Source of the DNA: Escherichia coli
GTDB lineage: Bacteria > Pseudomonadota > Gammaproteobacteria > Enterobacterales > Enterobacteriaceae
Reading direction: 5' to 3' (one strand)
Length of the DNA: 52,432 bases
NCBI RefSeq assembly: GCF_003334315.1
Contig: NZ_QOWR01000029.1
Shown: one piece after another, positions 52,358 through 52,432 of the stretch
How positions within the stretch are numbered: the stretch's first letter is position 1
How the letters are laid out: every line of letters begins with the position of its first letter
The notes under the pieces: model-generated
What the model saw: only the letters and a program-made list of their open reading frames with translations
Databases searched by the model: none
Told to the model about the DNA's origin: nothing
Program-made: the position numbers and the translations under genes

Positions 52358-52432
52358 CATAAGCGCTAACTTAAGGGTTGAACCATCTGAAGAATGCGAC
52401 GCCTCGGTGCCTCGTTAAGACGATGCCTCGCG
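52358..52432. mobile_element. IS186: IS186 terminus (first 75 bp, truncated by window edge)
   Basis: cataagcgctaacttaagggttgaaccatctgaagaatgcgacgcctcggtgcctcgttaagacgatgcctcgcg matches my recollection of the IS186 terminal inverted repeat and adjacent sequence. K-12 also carries an IS186 next to entD. Confidence 0.85.

Overview
No convincingly new biological system is visible in this window, and I found no CRISPR array, tRNA or rRNA. I had no search tools, so identification rests on recalled E. coli K-12 protein sequences and on motifs visible in the translations.

The window is an Escherichia coli chromosomal segment, gene-for-gene collinear with the K-12 ~13-14 min region in reverse orientation. 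The order is ybeF-lipA-tatE-ybeM-crcB-cspE-pagP-dcuC-dpiAB-citCDEFXGT-rna-rnk-ybdR-uspG-ahpFC-dsbG-ybdONM-ybdL-ybdH-ybdD-cstA, followed by the complete enterobactin cluster (entHABEC, fepB, entS, fepDGC, fepE, entF, ybdZ, fes, fepA, entD).

Both window ends lie inside insertion sequences. The last 453 bp of an IS1 has inserted into the helix-turn-helix (HTH) region of ybeF at the left. The first 75 bp of an IS186 sits at the right. This looks like an assembly contig broken at IS copies. Intergenic spacers are too short to hide unannotated multi-gene systems.

The best candidate for under-explored biology is the AT-rich ybdO-ybdN-ybdM module: a LysR regulator, a PP-loop PAPS-reductase/DndC-like ATPase and a ParB/Srx-fold DndB/IbrB-like protein.

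Smaller points worth a second look:
- an apparently intact ybeM (a pseudogene in K-12 as I recall)
- tandem MetJ boxes between ybdL and ybdH
- a class-II-spaced FNR site for dcuC
- repeated motifs in the dpiB-citC control region
- a CRP-like site plus a terminator-like hairpin upstream of rnk
- a 29-codon hydrophobic small ORF downstream of rnk
- a full-length ERIC element plus a hairpin inside the ahpC-ahpF spacer
- a GC-rich palindromic repeat family shared by the cstA-ybdD spacer and the fepB leader
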